Source of the DNA: Cycas panzhihuaensis
Taxonomy: Eukaryota; Plantae; Cycadophyta
Direction of reading: 5' to 3'
DNA length: 64,000 bases
Assembly (NCBI GenBank): GCA_023213395.1
Contig: CM041465.1
Span: 14,694,001 to 14,758,000, forward strand
Below are positions 12,088 through 25,329 of this stretch, one piece after another. The number at the start of each line of letters is the position of its first letter. Positions within the stretch are counted from its first letter, which is position 1. The notes under the pieces were generated by a model. That model was not told the origin of the DNA, made no database searches, and worked only from the letters and a program-made list of their open reading frames with translations. The position numbers and the translations under genes were made by a program.

Positions 12088-14009
12088 AAGAGATGATAGA
12101 AGTATGTGCCACTGACACATGTGACTAATACACCTGGCGCAGCAAGGATGTAGAAATGAATCCTATGATGAGAAGCAAATAATGATTAAGTCTTTTTTAA
12201 CAACTATGAAAAATGAGTATAAGCAATGATACAAGAATAAGGCCTAATATAGAGCTGGCAAAGAGTAGTGATGTGTCATGCCACTAACCTCTAACTTATA
12301 TCCAAATGTAGGTGAGATTTCGATGCCTAAAGCTTCTAGTATACGATTAGGGCCTTCACCCATGATACCCACACCTACGCTTGGTAATGAAATCCAAGTC
12401 ATAGTGGAGCCCAGGTAGTCTCAGTCCTCACGCAGTTCACCAATGAGCAGCTATATATCTCCTTTGAAGAGTCAAACGGTACATGTGTATCCCACGTCTA
12501 TGACGAATATTGAACTAGATTAATTTTAATTTTGCATTAAGATTTTCAGTTTTTCTAGGTAGTTATCAGGATTATCCCTGATTGGAGACCGTAGGCATGG
12601 CTAACTTGTCCCCCCACCACTATTTTAGTTAAGACCAGACCCAATATAAAACTCACACCTCCCTTAAGGCCTGGACTTCAGCCAGTCGTGGTCTATTTCA
12701 ACCAAGGCGAGTGTGTACACAAGTCAAGAACTAGTGGTATAAATTATACGAATGAGATTCCTTTTAGGAATAATGTAAGTTGTTTTTTAATAACTAAAAA
12801 TTGAAATGGAAAGTTCATAAATGTACTTACTTGCTTTTAGTGTTTGCTTTGTTATTGTTGTTGATTTATGTGATGATTTATGCTATGTGTGAAAATAGAA
12901 AAAACATACTAGATTTAGCAGGGGAACCAGATGTTGTTTCCAATCTAAGGTTCCCATTGCTTTAGTACAATATTTCTAAATATGTTTTTAAAATTTTCAA
13001 TACGAAACCCATAATGGGCTAAAAAACATATCAACTTGCTGCTATAATATTGATTTTTCTAAATCTAGATGCATGCTATTTTGTCCTATTTTGTGATTTT
13101 TTCACAAAATTTGCAAATAATGATAAATAGAAAAAATGTTCTAAATATTATGAATATGAAGGCCTAAATGATGGAATTTGAAGTAAAAAGTGTTTAAAAT
13201 GTCATTTTTGATAGAGTAATGAAATCAAATTTTTGAAAAGGCATTAAAAAATTTTGCCCGAAAAAAGTACAAAAGCAGAATCCTACCAGATCTATTGTCT
13301 CAGAATCTAAACTTCAATATGTCAAAAGTTGTATCTTGACATGTACATTAATTTTTCCTTCTGCACCATCTCCACAATTATCTAAAACACTACCTGAAAT
13401 ACCCTCACAATATCCTTTGTGGGGTTGAGTAGGCAAATTTAGCATCCATGAGAAAACTACATAGATCTCACTAACCGATGGATGAAATTTGATGAGATTT
13501 ATTTTAAAATGATACTAAGACATAAATATACTAGATCCCTCAAAAAAACTTTTAGATTTTTAGCTTATAATTAAAGGATTTCATTGAGAAAAGTGCCTTA
13601 AGTCACTTATCCGCAAATTTTACCCTTTTGTTTTAGCTAAAACGCATTGTTATAGGCTAAATCTAAAGTTGCTCCAGAAAATAAAAATGATCCTCTAGTT
13701 AAGGTGACCCTGCATGCCAAATTTCATCAAAATCTGAAATGATCAAATTTTTCATAAAATTGTAAGCCTTTAATGCTTCTAGAAATGTTCCGGTAGCCAA
13801 ACGGCTTCAAAAACCTGTATTTTCCACCTTTGAAATTCTGCACATATATAGAAAGTAGCAACATACAAAGTACTATAATTTTAATCTCTCAAAATGTTAA
13901 AAATGATGAGTGCACTCTCAATACTTCACATTGAAGGTGAAGGAGAGGCAAAATGACTCCATGCAAGTGGACTGGAGTGAATAGATCCCCTTCTAGCTCT
14001 GATACCACA

Positions 14010-14320
14010 TGAAGGAAGAATGGATCTAGGGAATAAATCACTCACATGCACACAATGGCAATGGGGAATGAAAAATAGATGAAACAAGTTATGAGAACAA
14101 ACTTGAAGGTGAGAATGAATAATGACTCCCTCCTTGAGATTTCATCTTTTATTATTGAAGATGAGTACTAGGGTTAAGATTTTCTCGCCTAATGATATGA
14201 ACCCAAAATTACATCTAAATGCATATAAAGTGCATTTTATTAAGAGATTAATGCTAACAATATATCCTAAAGTCATATAATTAATCCAGATAAATGACCT
14301 TGATACATTAACCTATTTCA
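14010..14320 (-). repeat. 5' LTR of Copia B
   Basis: TG..CA termini; adjacent reverse PBS GCTCTGATACCA at 13996-14007. Confidence 0.85.
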
Positions 14321-17090
14321 TTCTTATCTAAAATTAGGGCTTTCAGCTCATCAAATTTTATTTCTTCTATAGCAAAATTTTTTGTATAGATAGTTTAAAA
14401 TGTAATGAATATAGTTGGTAAACCACATAATAATAATAATAAATAATAGCCTCTTATTAATAAATCATGATTTAATTACTTCAAGTTAATTTCTCAAATC
14501 CATCATATTATTAAGGTAAGCACTAATATTATTCTAATCTTTGATGATAGTATTTAACAACTCCATCAATAGAGCAACATAACAATTTGATTTTGTTATA
14601 TTAAAGGTCTCAAACATCTCTATTTAGATTTTATGTGGTAACTCGAGGTTATGAATCAGTGCCCTCTAACATGGAGTGAGAGACAAAGTCAACAAACTAA
14701 TTGCTATAAATTACTTCTTTTCCATTTGTGTTCTCTCCTCATTGAGGAGAATAGTCACAATCAAATCCTTGGTAACTATCCATAATTGATTCACCATCAA
14801 ATACAACTCTATATTAGCCTTCCATTCATTGAAGTTGTTACTATTGAAAATAATAGTCATTAACTTCTCCATGGCAAAATTTGAAAATAATATATGTGCA
14901 GCTTTCCAAGCAAATACCTCCACAGACCAAATCACTTTAAAAAAACCCCTCAACATTAATAAATATAGCCCACACACGTGTCAAACGTGTCTCTTATAGC
15001 TTACTCTACATCCACAACCTCTTTTCCCAAACCCAATATGGCCTAAAATAGTCATGACAAATAATTTATAACTCAAAATTGGTTGGAAACTGATAAAATG
15101 ACCTCTTAAGAGGCTTCCTCTATTAAAAATTATCTCATGCATGGTGCCCAATATGTATATATCATTGTTCAATAATAAATAAGAGTTGTATAGATATGAT
15201 ATGGGCTATGCACCCACTAATAGCCCAAAATAATCTCCAAGATGCCAAAAAAAAGGTTAATTTTGGCTTCAATTGGCTAAAAACTTCTACATTTCTTACC
15301 TCTATGGTTGGCACACTCAATTACAAAGCAACAATAATGATCAAATATTATCTACACAACACCATATGAACAAAACATGTTTTGAAGGCTAAAAAATAAT
15401 GAAAAAGGATAAAATATCACCAAAAAAAACACGTGTTTCACCTTCAAATGCCATAAAATTGATTGCACTAGCTGAATAAAGGTATTGCACCATGATTGCA
15501 ATAAAACAAATCAATGGATTTACTCAAATTTATATGAAACAAGGAGTTACAAGTCTCTCAGGGGACATCTCCCTTCTTAAATCCTCCACAGTCAAAATAA
15601 TGACTTAATTCACTTGTTAAGTCAACATTTATCAAAAATAATCAACATATGATAATGTTTTAACTTAAGGGCACTTAAAAATAATTAGAAGCTAAATAAA
15701 ATTGACTCATAACAACTATGACTCCTCACAAAGCATTGTTGCCCTTCATACTTAGCCACACAACCTCACTCTGAGAAAGAAAGAGCCCAAACTCTTTAAG
15801 TCAACATTTATCAAAAATGATCAACATATGGTAATGTTTTAACTTAAGGGCACTTAAAAATAACTAGAAGCTAAATAAAATTGACTCATAACAACTAAAA
15901 CTCCTCACAAAGCGTCGTCGCCCTTCATACTTAGCCACACAACCTCACTATGAGAAACAGAGAGCCCAAACTCAAAAATAACTCAATAAATGGATCATTT
16001 ACAAGCCCATACATGTTTACAAAGCCCTCAACACAATTATTGTAGAGCCAAGTGAGAAAAGACCAATGGAAAGAACAAAGGAACTTTTCATGTTTTGTCA
16101 GAAATGTCTTTCAAAACTTTGCGAGACGCCCAACATGTTATCTAGCCTCCAAAATGATCCCGGCTTCATTCAAAATCCTCTATATTTCAAATATAGGCAC
16201 TAGAAAGCTTTTGGTTCCTTCAAACAAGCTTCCATAAGTTTCCAATGAGTAAATATAACCTCTAAATAATGAAAAAATCAATAATCTTTAGCCTCTTACT
16301 AATAGATCAATTATGAACTTCTCTAGAGGTTATCAATTAACCAAACACCATCATACGCAACCCAAGCACAAACACTTGCACATATATGAAGCTTCAATGA
16401 CAAAAAAACTAGTATAAACTAATGGAAAATGAGCTTCATATGGCTTATTTTCTCCATATAATTTATTATTTTTACTATTTTTTTTTTCTCCAAGTTGTCA
16501 GAAAATATCAAGGTCGATTCTTCTAACTCTGGTCACGTTACCAACCTTATCAACAGCTCAATCTAGTTTTCAACAGCTTCATAACACCATGCATGATCCT
16601 AGGCAACTCTGATACCATGTGAGAATCTAAACATATTCAAGCTTGCCTTGATGCCATGTGAATTCTTGCTATGTCTTTATATCATTTATATAGCATAAAT
16701 CACATCAATCAAGAGAATGCAATACATAGGAGACACAAGTTTATGTGAAAAAACCCTTCAGAAAAAAAAAACATATATGAAATATTGGCAATCAATTAGA
16801 AATGACAATGATTACATTGTAGATCACCGATTGATTAAAACCTAAATGATTGGATGATCTTCAACCCTATCAAGGATCTCTTTTATATGATCTCAAATGG
16901 TACATCCAACCAAGAGCTACAACTTTTTGAATAGGTTAAAAACTCTTCTAAATGTTTGCATCTCCTAAACAACACCTCTTTGTTCCATTATTCCACTCAC
17001 GACCACATGAAGTATTAATAGCCACCAGGTGTTAACTTTTAACTGTGTTTACTAACCACCACAAACTATTAACAAAGCACAATTTTAACA
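14321..17090 (-). mobile_element. Old Copia-type element C: LTR, PBS, leader and gag start; truncated by Copia B (LTR limits approximate)
   Basis: Reverse PBS ACTCTGATACCA 16606-16617. Gag-like MEKLMTIIFNSNNFNEWKANIELYLMVNQLW from 14872 on the minus strand. Confidence 0.65.
15617..15974. repeat. 179-bp tandem duplication (2 copies)
   Basis: TTAAGTCAACATTTATCAAAAAT...GAGCCCAAACTC starting at 15617 and 15796. Confidence 0.92.
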
Positions 17091-17219
17091 CACATGACCA
17101 ATTTTAGTAACTAGACCAAATAGTGGTTGTTTCCTATAAAATCAAGATGTAGATTAAGCTACCATCATGTATATTTGATGGACCAATCAAACTGAAAAAA
17201 TAGTTAATAAAAGTTAATG

Positions 17220-20200
17220 GTGTACTATTAAATAGAATAATGGCATTAATATACGAGCAAGGATGGTTCACACCAAATAAGCTTGAAGGACATGCGTCCA
17301 CTTGGGATGATAATTAATTTATAATTATCACAACAACATGCACTAGTTGCAATAAATTAAGAAAAATTCTTCACCAATACTTTGAAAATTTGGGGAGAAT
17401 CATAGCATGTATAGCTTGCCCACTCATTTCAGTCTAAATCCATAATCTTAAAGTATATTGAGAAGTTTGAGACACTGCTTAGTAAATCAAACCTCCCATA
17501 GTAATAAGTTATGGACTACTATGTTGGGAACTTTGAAATTAAACCTAAAATAGAACTACGTAAGTATAAAGCAAAATTCTTAGAGGAAGCCATTAATTTG
17601 GTTTGATAATCAAAGACAAAGAATATAATATTATGCAATAGGTACATGGCCTCACAAAGAAGATATATATCAAATTACTAAGAATGAATAATTAAGACTT
17701 AAGTGGTCCAACAAGGTGAAAATTAAAGAGCAAAATGCAAAATACAAATAGCATAAACAAATCAAGCACACAACAAAAAACACTAGGAGATTCAAGTCTA
17801 CGTATAGACATTTTATTAATATTAGCAATAGCTAAAAATATTACAGAGATGAAACTCCAACTCGCATCATCAACTCATCCACTCTGTACACTCTATAAAG
17901 AATTACTCAATTTGGGTTACATAAAGAATGTCATAAGAATGTATAAGATCTAAATCGTCTAATCTAGGGTTTTTATGATGAACGACCTTCATTCTCTTTT
18001 TTATTTGAACCTTAAAATTTGCTTCGGAGGTTGTTGCCCTCGAACATTTGCTTCCAGGGGGGGGGGGGGAGACATCTCCTTCCCCCATATCCCCCTACCA
18101 AATGGGATTGTTGCCCGCCTTAGATCCCCCTGTAGAGAGTTGGAGGAAAAAACAGCGTCAAAGCAGGATCAAAATTTTAGCCTCCTTATACATATGTAAC
18201 ACTTGTAAAGGTTTAACATATCTAACAAAAACTTCTCCCTTCACTAGCAATAATAGAAGAGGTATGAAAGAAGGGATACTAGGCTTTGTTATGATTGCAA
18301 TGAAAAATGGGCATTGGACCACTATAGAAATTGCAAGGGCAAGAATAAACAACTTTATATATCAGAACTAGTAAAAGACTACATAAAATTGCACATAGAA
18401 AGCATAGAGGAAATGAACAAGTATGAAATCAAAACAAAACAACCAAAGCTATCTCTATCAACTCTAATAGGACTGCATGTGCTAAATACTCATAAGATTG
18501 TTGGAAGTGTTAAAGACAAAAAGGTAATGGTTCTTATTGAGTCTCAAAACACACATAATTTCATCAAATCTAGAAAAGCAAAATAATTGGTGTTCCATAC
18601 AAAGAACAAATCAAATTTCTCAATGTTAATACTAAGAAATTGACTCATATATTGTGAAGGAAAATTCAAGGATATACAATTAAGAATAAGTAACTACAAC
18701 TTTAAATCTAACTTCTTGGAATATAGCTGAAAAGCATAAACATCACCCTCAAGATTCAATGGCTCAAAAATTTACGAACTTACAATATAAATCACCTCAA
18801 AAAATCCATCCAATTCACACAAGATGGATCTAAGCATACTTTACGAGGGATAAAGGCACCAACAACTTGCAATTTATCACCAAAGAAACAACATAATAGA
18901 TTTATGTCACATACTTACAAGAACCCAAACTAATAAGAAGGGAAGCAAACAAATCAGCAGACCACAAAAGCTTTAAAGGTAAAGCTTTTAAGGAGAGAGG
19001 GTATGTTGTGATCCTTATCATAAGTCAAGAATAATATTAAGTATGATGCATAAATAGGGCAAGTGCATCAAGGCAAATATATAGTTTTGTTTATTATTTG
19101 GATTTTTTAAATTAGAAAAGCTTTGTCCTTTACCATGCTATCGGATACAAGGCCTCCATTCTTTTGCACTAGATAATAATGTTAAAAAACGCAACTGAAG
19201 CAAACAAGGTTGACAGGATCTTTCACATCAGGCAGATTACAAGCAAAAGCAAATCACACGAGACACCATATTGTCGTGGAAAACCCTTACGGGTGAAAAC
19301 CCACAAATAGATAATAATTACATTTTGACAAAATGATGATACATCAAAGATGGACTTTGATCTATATTTATAGATCTAAAGTGCCAAATATAATCATAAT
19401 TACATCCATTAGGTCACCACAATCGAAATTATTCCACCACATAATTAGGCACATAAATAGGAGGCCCACTTTACATTAGGTGGTATGGCCACATTTTTTA
19501 ACATCTCCTCTTAATGTAAATATGGGGCAACAAAGATTATCATTGGGAATAAATCCCCTCTCAAGGATAACCTTACTCAACCCAATATGCACGAATGTCG
19601 ATGTAGCAATCTTCGCTCGGATGTAACGGTGTCATACCTCGTATGTGCTCAATTCTTTGGAAATGCTCCAACAAACCTGCAACTATACAGCTCTCTCTGC
19701 ACCTGACACTTTGTCCATTCAAGTCAACCAAATTCCTCTAATTAAACTAAGAGGATGAGCCACTCAAGCCATGTGAATCGCCACTTCAAGTCTTCGTTAA
19801 GGAACACTGATAAATGATATGATACAATACCCAACTATCTGAAGTTGCTGAAGTAAGGATCAAACAGACCAATGAACATAGAGACTAGTGCAAAATATCT
19901 CATCATACCTTAATCCTTCTTCCTGCTAGAAATCCTGCCAACAAGCTTACCAGCTTGCAGACCAACCAGGTACTTGCTTCAATACAACTCTCCATCGTGA
20001 ATTTGTACTCACTAGAACGTTGGTATCTACACAAGTTTTGATTGGCATGTTGATCCATGATCTTCCATCATCCTGCAAGTCTTCAACTGTCAATGGAACA
20101 TGGGGTTGCAATCCATGTCACTTCATCTAACAGCTCCTCATCATCAATCTGTCACTAGATCTTGATTCCGTCTCAAGCACAATGTTAGGCAAACAAACCT

Positions 20201-23200
20201 CCACACCTGCTGAAATAACGACTCGGAAGAGTGAAGCAATGAAGGATAAAACCTATAACCAAATGACACTCAGCATGATACATCAACAACTCTATAACAT
20301 CTAGACTGGTCACATGCATTTCCCCTTGCATATCACACTGTTTGTAAGCTGAATAATTGATATGCTTCAAACGCTTGCAATCATGCTGTTGTAATCTTCG
20401 TCTAAGATATGTGCACTCCAATGCACCAAGGAAAACGAATGGAAGGCTTCTGACTTGGTCCAAACATAATTCATGAGGGGAAATTATGCCACGAACAGTC
20501 ACAACAAGGGTACCCATACCTGTCCGCTACAGTTTATGCCAACAAACCATGGGAGGCAAACCATGACATGCACCAACCTCACCATCTACATCATGATACG
20601 CACATGTAATGCAACCTAACAGGCCAACTGTATAGATACCATGACAAAGGCATAACTGATTTTAAGGCTTCTCGTCTTAGACCTTTCCATTCACACTTCA
20701 ATTTTTCATCAAACACTTTACTTCGGTTCCACATCAGACTTGTTCAGATATGCACCCATGTTGAACCAACATTAAACAAAGCCACAAACCTCATGCTATC
20801 ATCAATCCAACAACCATTCATATAAGCAAATTCTGAACTTCATCACCTCATATACGTCTGATGCAACTGAACTCAAATGTAATCCATTAACAAAAATGCA
20901 TTTATTTCACTAAATAATCACATAAATTTCACTAATTTTGTGCAATGATCAATGCCATACTCAAACAGTAATAGAGTTTGTAATAAGTTGTCATTAGGTA
21001 TCTCATATTTTTTTTTTTTTTCTTCCAAACATGCTCATTTTTGCCCTCATACTCGCCCATTATCCTTACCCAACATCACCCTCAACCTCTCTTATGTAAA
21101 ACACATTCAAGGAGGTAACATGACGCCTCATCTCGCCCTACAAGCATGCCCAATTTCACCCTTACTCTCACTTTTAAAACAAGCTCAAAACTTGCCATGT
21201 AATCACATGCAACAAGTATCATGTTATGACATCACCTCAAAGAACCTAATGTCACCCATCAATTCTCTCATGCAACCGCATGCAAGAGAATGAAAATCAC
21301 CTCAAATCACCCACTAGCATTGCCACAACAATATCAGTGAAGCACGCTTAAATACACTCTCTTCACCTCAATTTATCATCATATTAATCAAAGTCTCATA
21401 ATATATTTATGCCACTTTCTCAAAAAATGATACACTCATATATTCATCACCATGCTATGAAATCAGATAGCATCATATATCAATGTATATCTCTCAAACA
21501 AGGGCTCCAAAATATATCAATGAAAACAATGATAAAGGGACGTCTTAAAACCAAACCCCCAAACCAATTAATATCAAATACTAAATGACTAAATAGCCGT
21601 TGGGCAACTTCGCAAAAAAAATGTGACTTCATAAATTAAATATCAACATGCCTTCGATGTCAATATTATCGAGTGACTTTATAACATTCAAATGGGTTGG
21701 TTCAATAAATATTGATAGAATTATAATCAAGTGGATTGAACGTTGGGCGATGCCAATGCAATGGAAGCGGGCGACTTTCTACGTCACGCTACCAACGGCG
21801 ACTGTCAATGCTCGGGCAGATCCAACAACTGCAAAATTTCTGGCGATTATGTCAACACCAAGGGTAATAGTCGGGGGCGAACAATCATGCAGACAGATTG
21901 TATCAATACCTAAGCCATATATCAAGAGCAAATAACGGCAGGCAAGATATAACACAGTCCACAAAGATGAACACAACGTAGTAAATAGTCGACGACTGCA
22001 CATATATTCACCTTGCAGGCGACGAGAATTAACAGATTGAAGGGCGAATTAAATACAACAACGGCTTTATCACAGGACCATCACGGCTGGGGCGACATCA
22101 TCAATGCAGGGTTATCTCCATACACAGGCCGATATACTCATCACACAAACAGTTATCATCTATCACGACTGTATTAATGTGAAAGAAAAACTGGCGGCTG
22201 CTATAGATAAGAAAGTAGGGCAGCGCAATGCATATACAACTGCATGAACAGAAGGATGACAACAACACAGTCGTGACTCATAATATTGTGCATACACTGT
22301 GATAGTATCATCACTTACCGGGTGACATCAACAATACAGTTGTATAAATGCATGGGCGACAGAGGTATATCACCATGCAAGGGTGATAAAATATACTAGG
22401 AACTGAAAATATTTATCATGCAAGTAGGGCAAAGGAACAGTGACATAAATACAACAACAACTGTGCCACTTTATCACCTTGTATTTATCATTGGCGACCA
22501 TATCACTGCATATACATATACGCAAGGGCGGCTATTATTTAATCAAACCCTAAATTACTCACAGGAGATTAAATATTGAGAATACCTTTGTATATTTGAC
22601 CGTAATATGATTTCACGGCTCTGCAACATGCTCGCTAGGATTTCTGCACTCTCCCACCAGCAACAAGGGCTGGCAACCATCTCTAGGGCACACAAACTCA
22701 ATGGCATCGTCAAACGGGGATCCGGCACCTTCAGTAGGTTCAAAAGACTCTCACATGGCTGGCAATGGAGTCAACGCTCGTCCACACACGTCCATATGGC
22801 TCAAAGTACCTACAAATAATGAACAGAAGGCACCTGGGGATCCACCAGTGATCATCTACACTATGTGGTTGTTTTGCAAGGTTATCGGGCACGCCAATCT
22901 GCAAAGGGCAAGCCAGCATGACCTGGCACCATCGATTGGACCTCCAACAACATGCATCTACCTGTGCATGACCTACATGCTCTGATACCATGTTAGAAAA
23001 CACAACTGAAGCAAACAAAATCGACATGATCTTTCACATCAGGCATATTACAAGCAGAAGCAGATCACACGGGACACCATATTGCCGTGGGAAACCCTTA
23101 CGGGTGAAAACCCACAAATAGATAATAATTACATTTTGACAAAATGACGATACATCAAAGATGGACTTTGATCTATATTTATAGATCTAAAATGCCAAAT

Positions 23201-23411
23201 ATAATCATAATTACATCCATTAGGTCACCACAATCGAGACTATTCCACCACATAATTAGGCACATAAATAGGAGGCCCACTCTACATTATGTGGTATGGT
23301 CACATTTTTTAACAAATAAGGTCACCACAAACCATCTCTAGTTCATTATTTATTTATTATTTTGATTAATTTTTATTGCTTGTTATTTCTATAATGTCTT
23401 GAAACATTACA
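17220..23411 (+). mobile_element. Decayed chromovirus-like Gypsy remnant (gag, protease, PPT, 3' LTR), copy 1; LTR interrupted by Copia D
   Basis: LCYDCNEKWALDHYRNC knuckle-like motif. PKLSLSTLIG..KVMVLIESQNTHNFI (LIDSGSTHNF-type protease). PPT AAGGAGAGAGGG. LTR 19004-19179 continues at 23320-23411. Confidence 0.75.
19180..23314 (-). mobile_element. Non-autonomous Copia-type element D
   Basis: 324-bp LTRs 19180-19503 and 22991-23314 (~19 differences). Reverse PBS 22979-22990; reverse PPT at 19504. TSD AATAA 19175-19179 / 23315-23319. Only traces of integrase-like sequence inside. Confidence 0.93.
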
Positions 23412-25329
23412 TTAACCTATACCAACACTATAGTAGTTAGTCATCTTGTAAGTATTGAATAGGTCTCACTATACCGTTTAAAATACTCAATCTTAATAAT
23501 TGAACAATATATAACTAGTACATTATATAATGATTAGCTATCAAATATCAATCAAATATACCTAAATGCATTTGTATGGGAGAAAGGGATATGATGGTCT
23601 AAAGCTAGGAGGACTGATAAATTATAAATGAATATACAAAGGCTAGAATTTTTCCAACCATGGCAAAAATAACGTGATAAATAATCTTTTGCATATGGCT
23701 TTCTCAACATAGCTACTAATAGAAGATGACTCGATGCAGGATAGTTATAAAATTAATAATGTAACAATATTTAAAGTAAATCCATGTAAGTACAAACTAA
23801 AATTCTTAGAGGAAGCCATTAATTTGGATTGATAGTCAAAGATAATAAATAAAGCATTATACAATAGGCACATGGCTCAACAAAGAAGACATGTATCAAA
23901 TTACAAAGCATAAATCATTGAAACTCAAGTAATCCAACAAAGCGAAAATTGCTTCCTTCATCAACACTAGTAGGAGAGGTACGAAAAGGGGGATACTAGG
24001 CTTTGCTAGGATTGTAATGAAAGAAGAGCATTAGATCATTATAGAAATTACAACGACAAGAAGAAACAACTTTATATTATAGAACTAACAAAAGACTACA
24101 TAGAACTAGACATGGAGAGTGCAAAATAAATGATCAAGTATTAGATCAAACAAAACAACCAAAGCTATCTCTATCAACTATGACAAGGATACATGTGCTA
24201 GAGACCCTTAAGATTATGGGAAGTATTAAAGAAAAAAAGAATGTTTCTTATTAACTCTTGAAACATGCATAATTTCATCAAATATAGAAAAGCAAGACAA
24301 TTGGGGTTCCATACAAAGAACAAACCAAATTTCTCAATGTTGATACTAAGAAATCAACTCATATACCATGAAGAAAAAAATAAGGATGTACAATTAAGAA
24401 TAACTAACTGTGTGTGGATCAAATTAGTTGCAACCAGATTAATATAATTCATCTGATAAAGGAATGGTTGCAACCAACTTTAGTTTGCAGCTACAAAAGA
24501 CAAAGAATAAATGTAGAAGGGCATTCGAGGGGTGGCATGTAGAAAACAATTGTTTTATATAGATGATATGTGCCCACATATCTTGTACTTGTTTTATATT
24601 GTTCTAGAGACTGTGTGTACTGCTTTGGGTTGCCTCTGGTTGTGAGAGGACCAGAGCAACCTGTCATAATGAAATGATCATAGTTTTTGCCCCATGGAAT
24701 CGTTGTATTCGAAATGTTTGATTGAATGATTTTTTCATTGTTGCCTCTTGTGCCTACTTACGTGTGTCAATAGGTAGAAGCACAAATTAGTTATGTTGTC
24801 GTTTTGAACCAAGGATGATTACAACGGGCGAGACCAAATAAAGACTCCAGGTCCTCTTCTATACCACCTAGAGTAGAAGTTGAATCGCACCGTGATCGAG
24901 GGGAACGTTGGGAAAGAGAAAGAATTCAAATAGTAATACCCAGACCCAGATTCGTAATTACACCAAGGAAGCAAATGAAGAGGCAGCCATTTACACACTC
25001 AACAGAGAGGAGGAAGTGAAAAAAAAAAGCATGAGGTGAAGGAACAAATTCTGGGCGTAATTGAGGAGCAGGCAAAAGAAGAAAACGATCAGAGGTGTGC
25101 ATTAGAAGAGGATCCTACAAAAGAAGAACTAGTGCAAGCAATATATGTCGAAGGAAATAGTCAACAAAACTTTGCAGAAGAAAAAATTCTATGAAAAGAA
25201 GAAACACTAACGCTAGAAGAAAATTCCATTGAATTGGGAATATATAGTGTAGCCAAACAAGCATGGAATTATCATTTGTTGGAAATTTAAATTCAAAGCC
25301 ATATAATAAATCTCCTTTTTAAGCTACCA

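Larger units (their letters stand above)
7536..14320 (-). mobile_element. Ty1/Copia element B (5' half), related to Copia A; cut at the GAG-pre-integrase region by Copia A
   Basis: LTR 14010-14320 (minus-strand start TGAAATAGGTTAATG resembles the A LTR start). PBS 13996-14007. gag/PR colinear with A. Confidence 0.92.

Noticed and set aside
15617-15974. Centromeric 180-bp satellite
   Set aside because: Only two copies, inside a retrotransposon leader.
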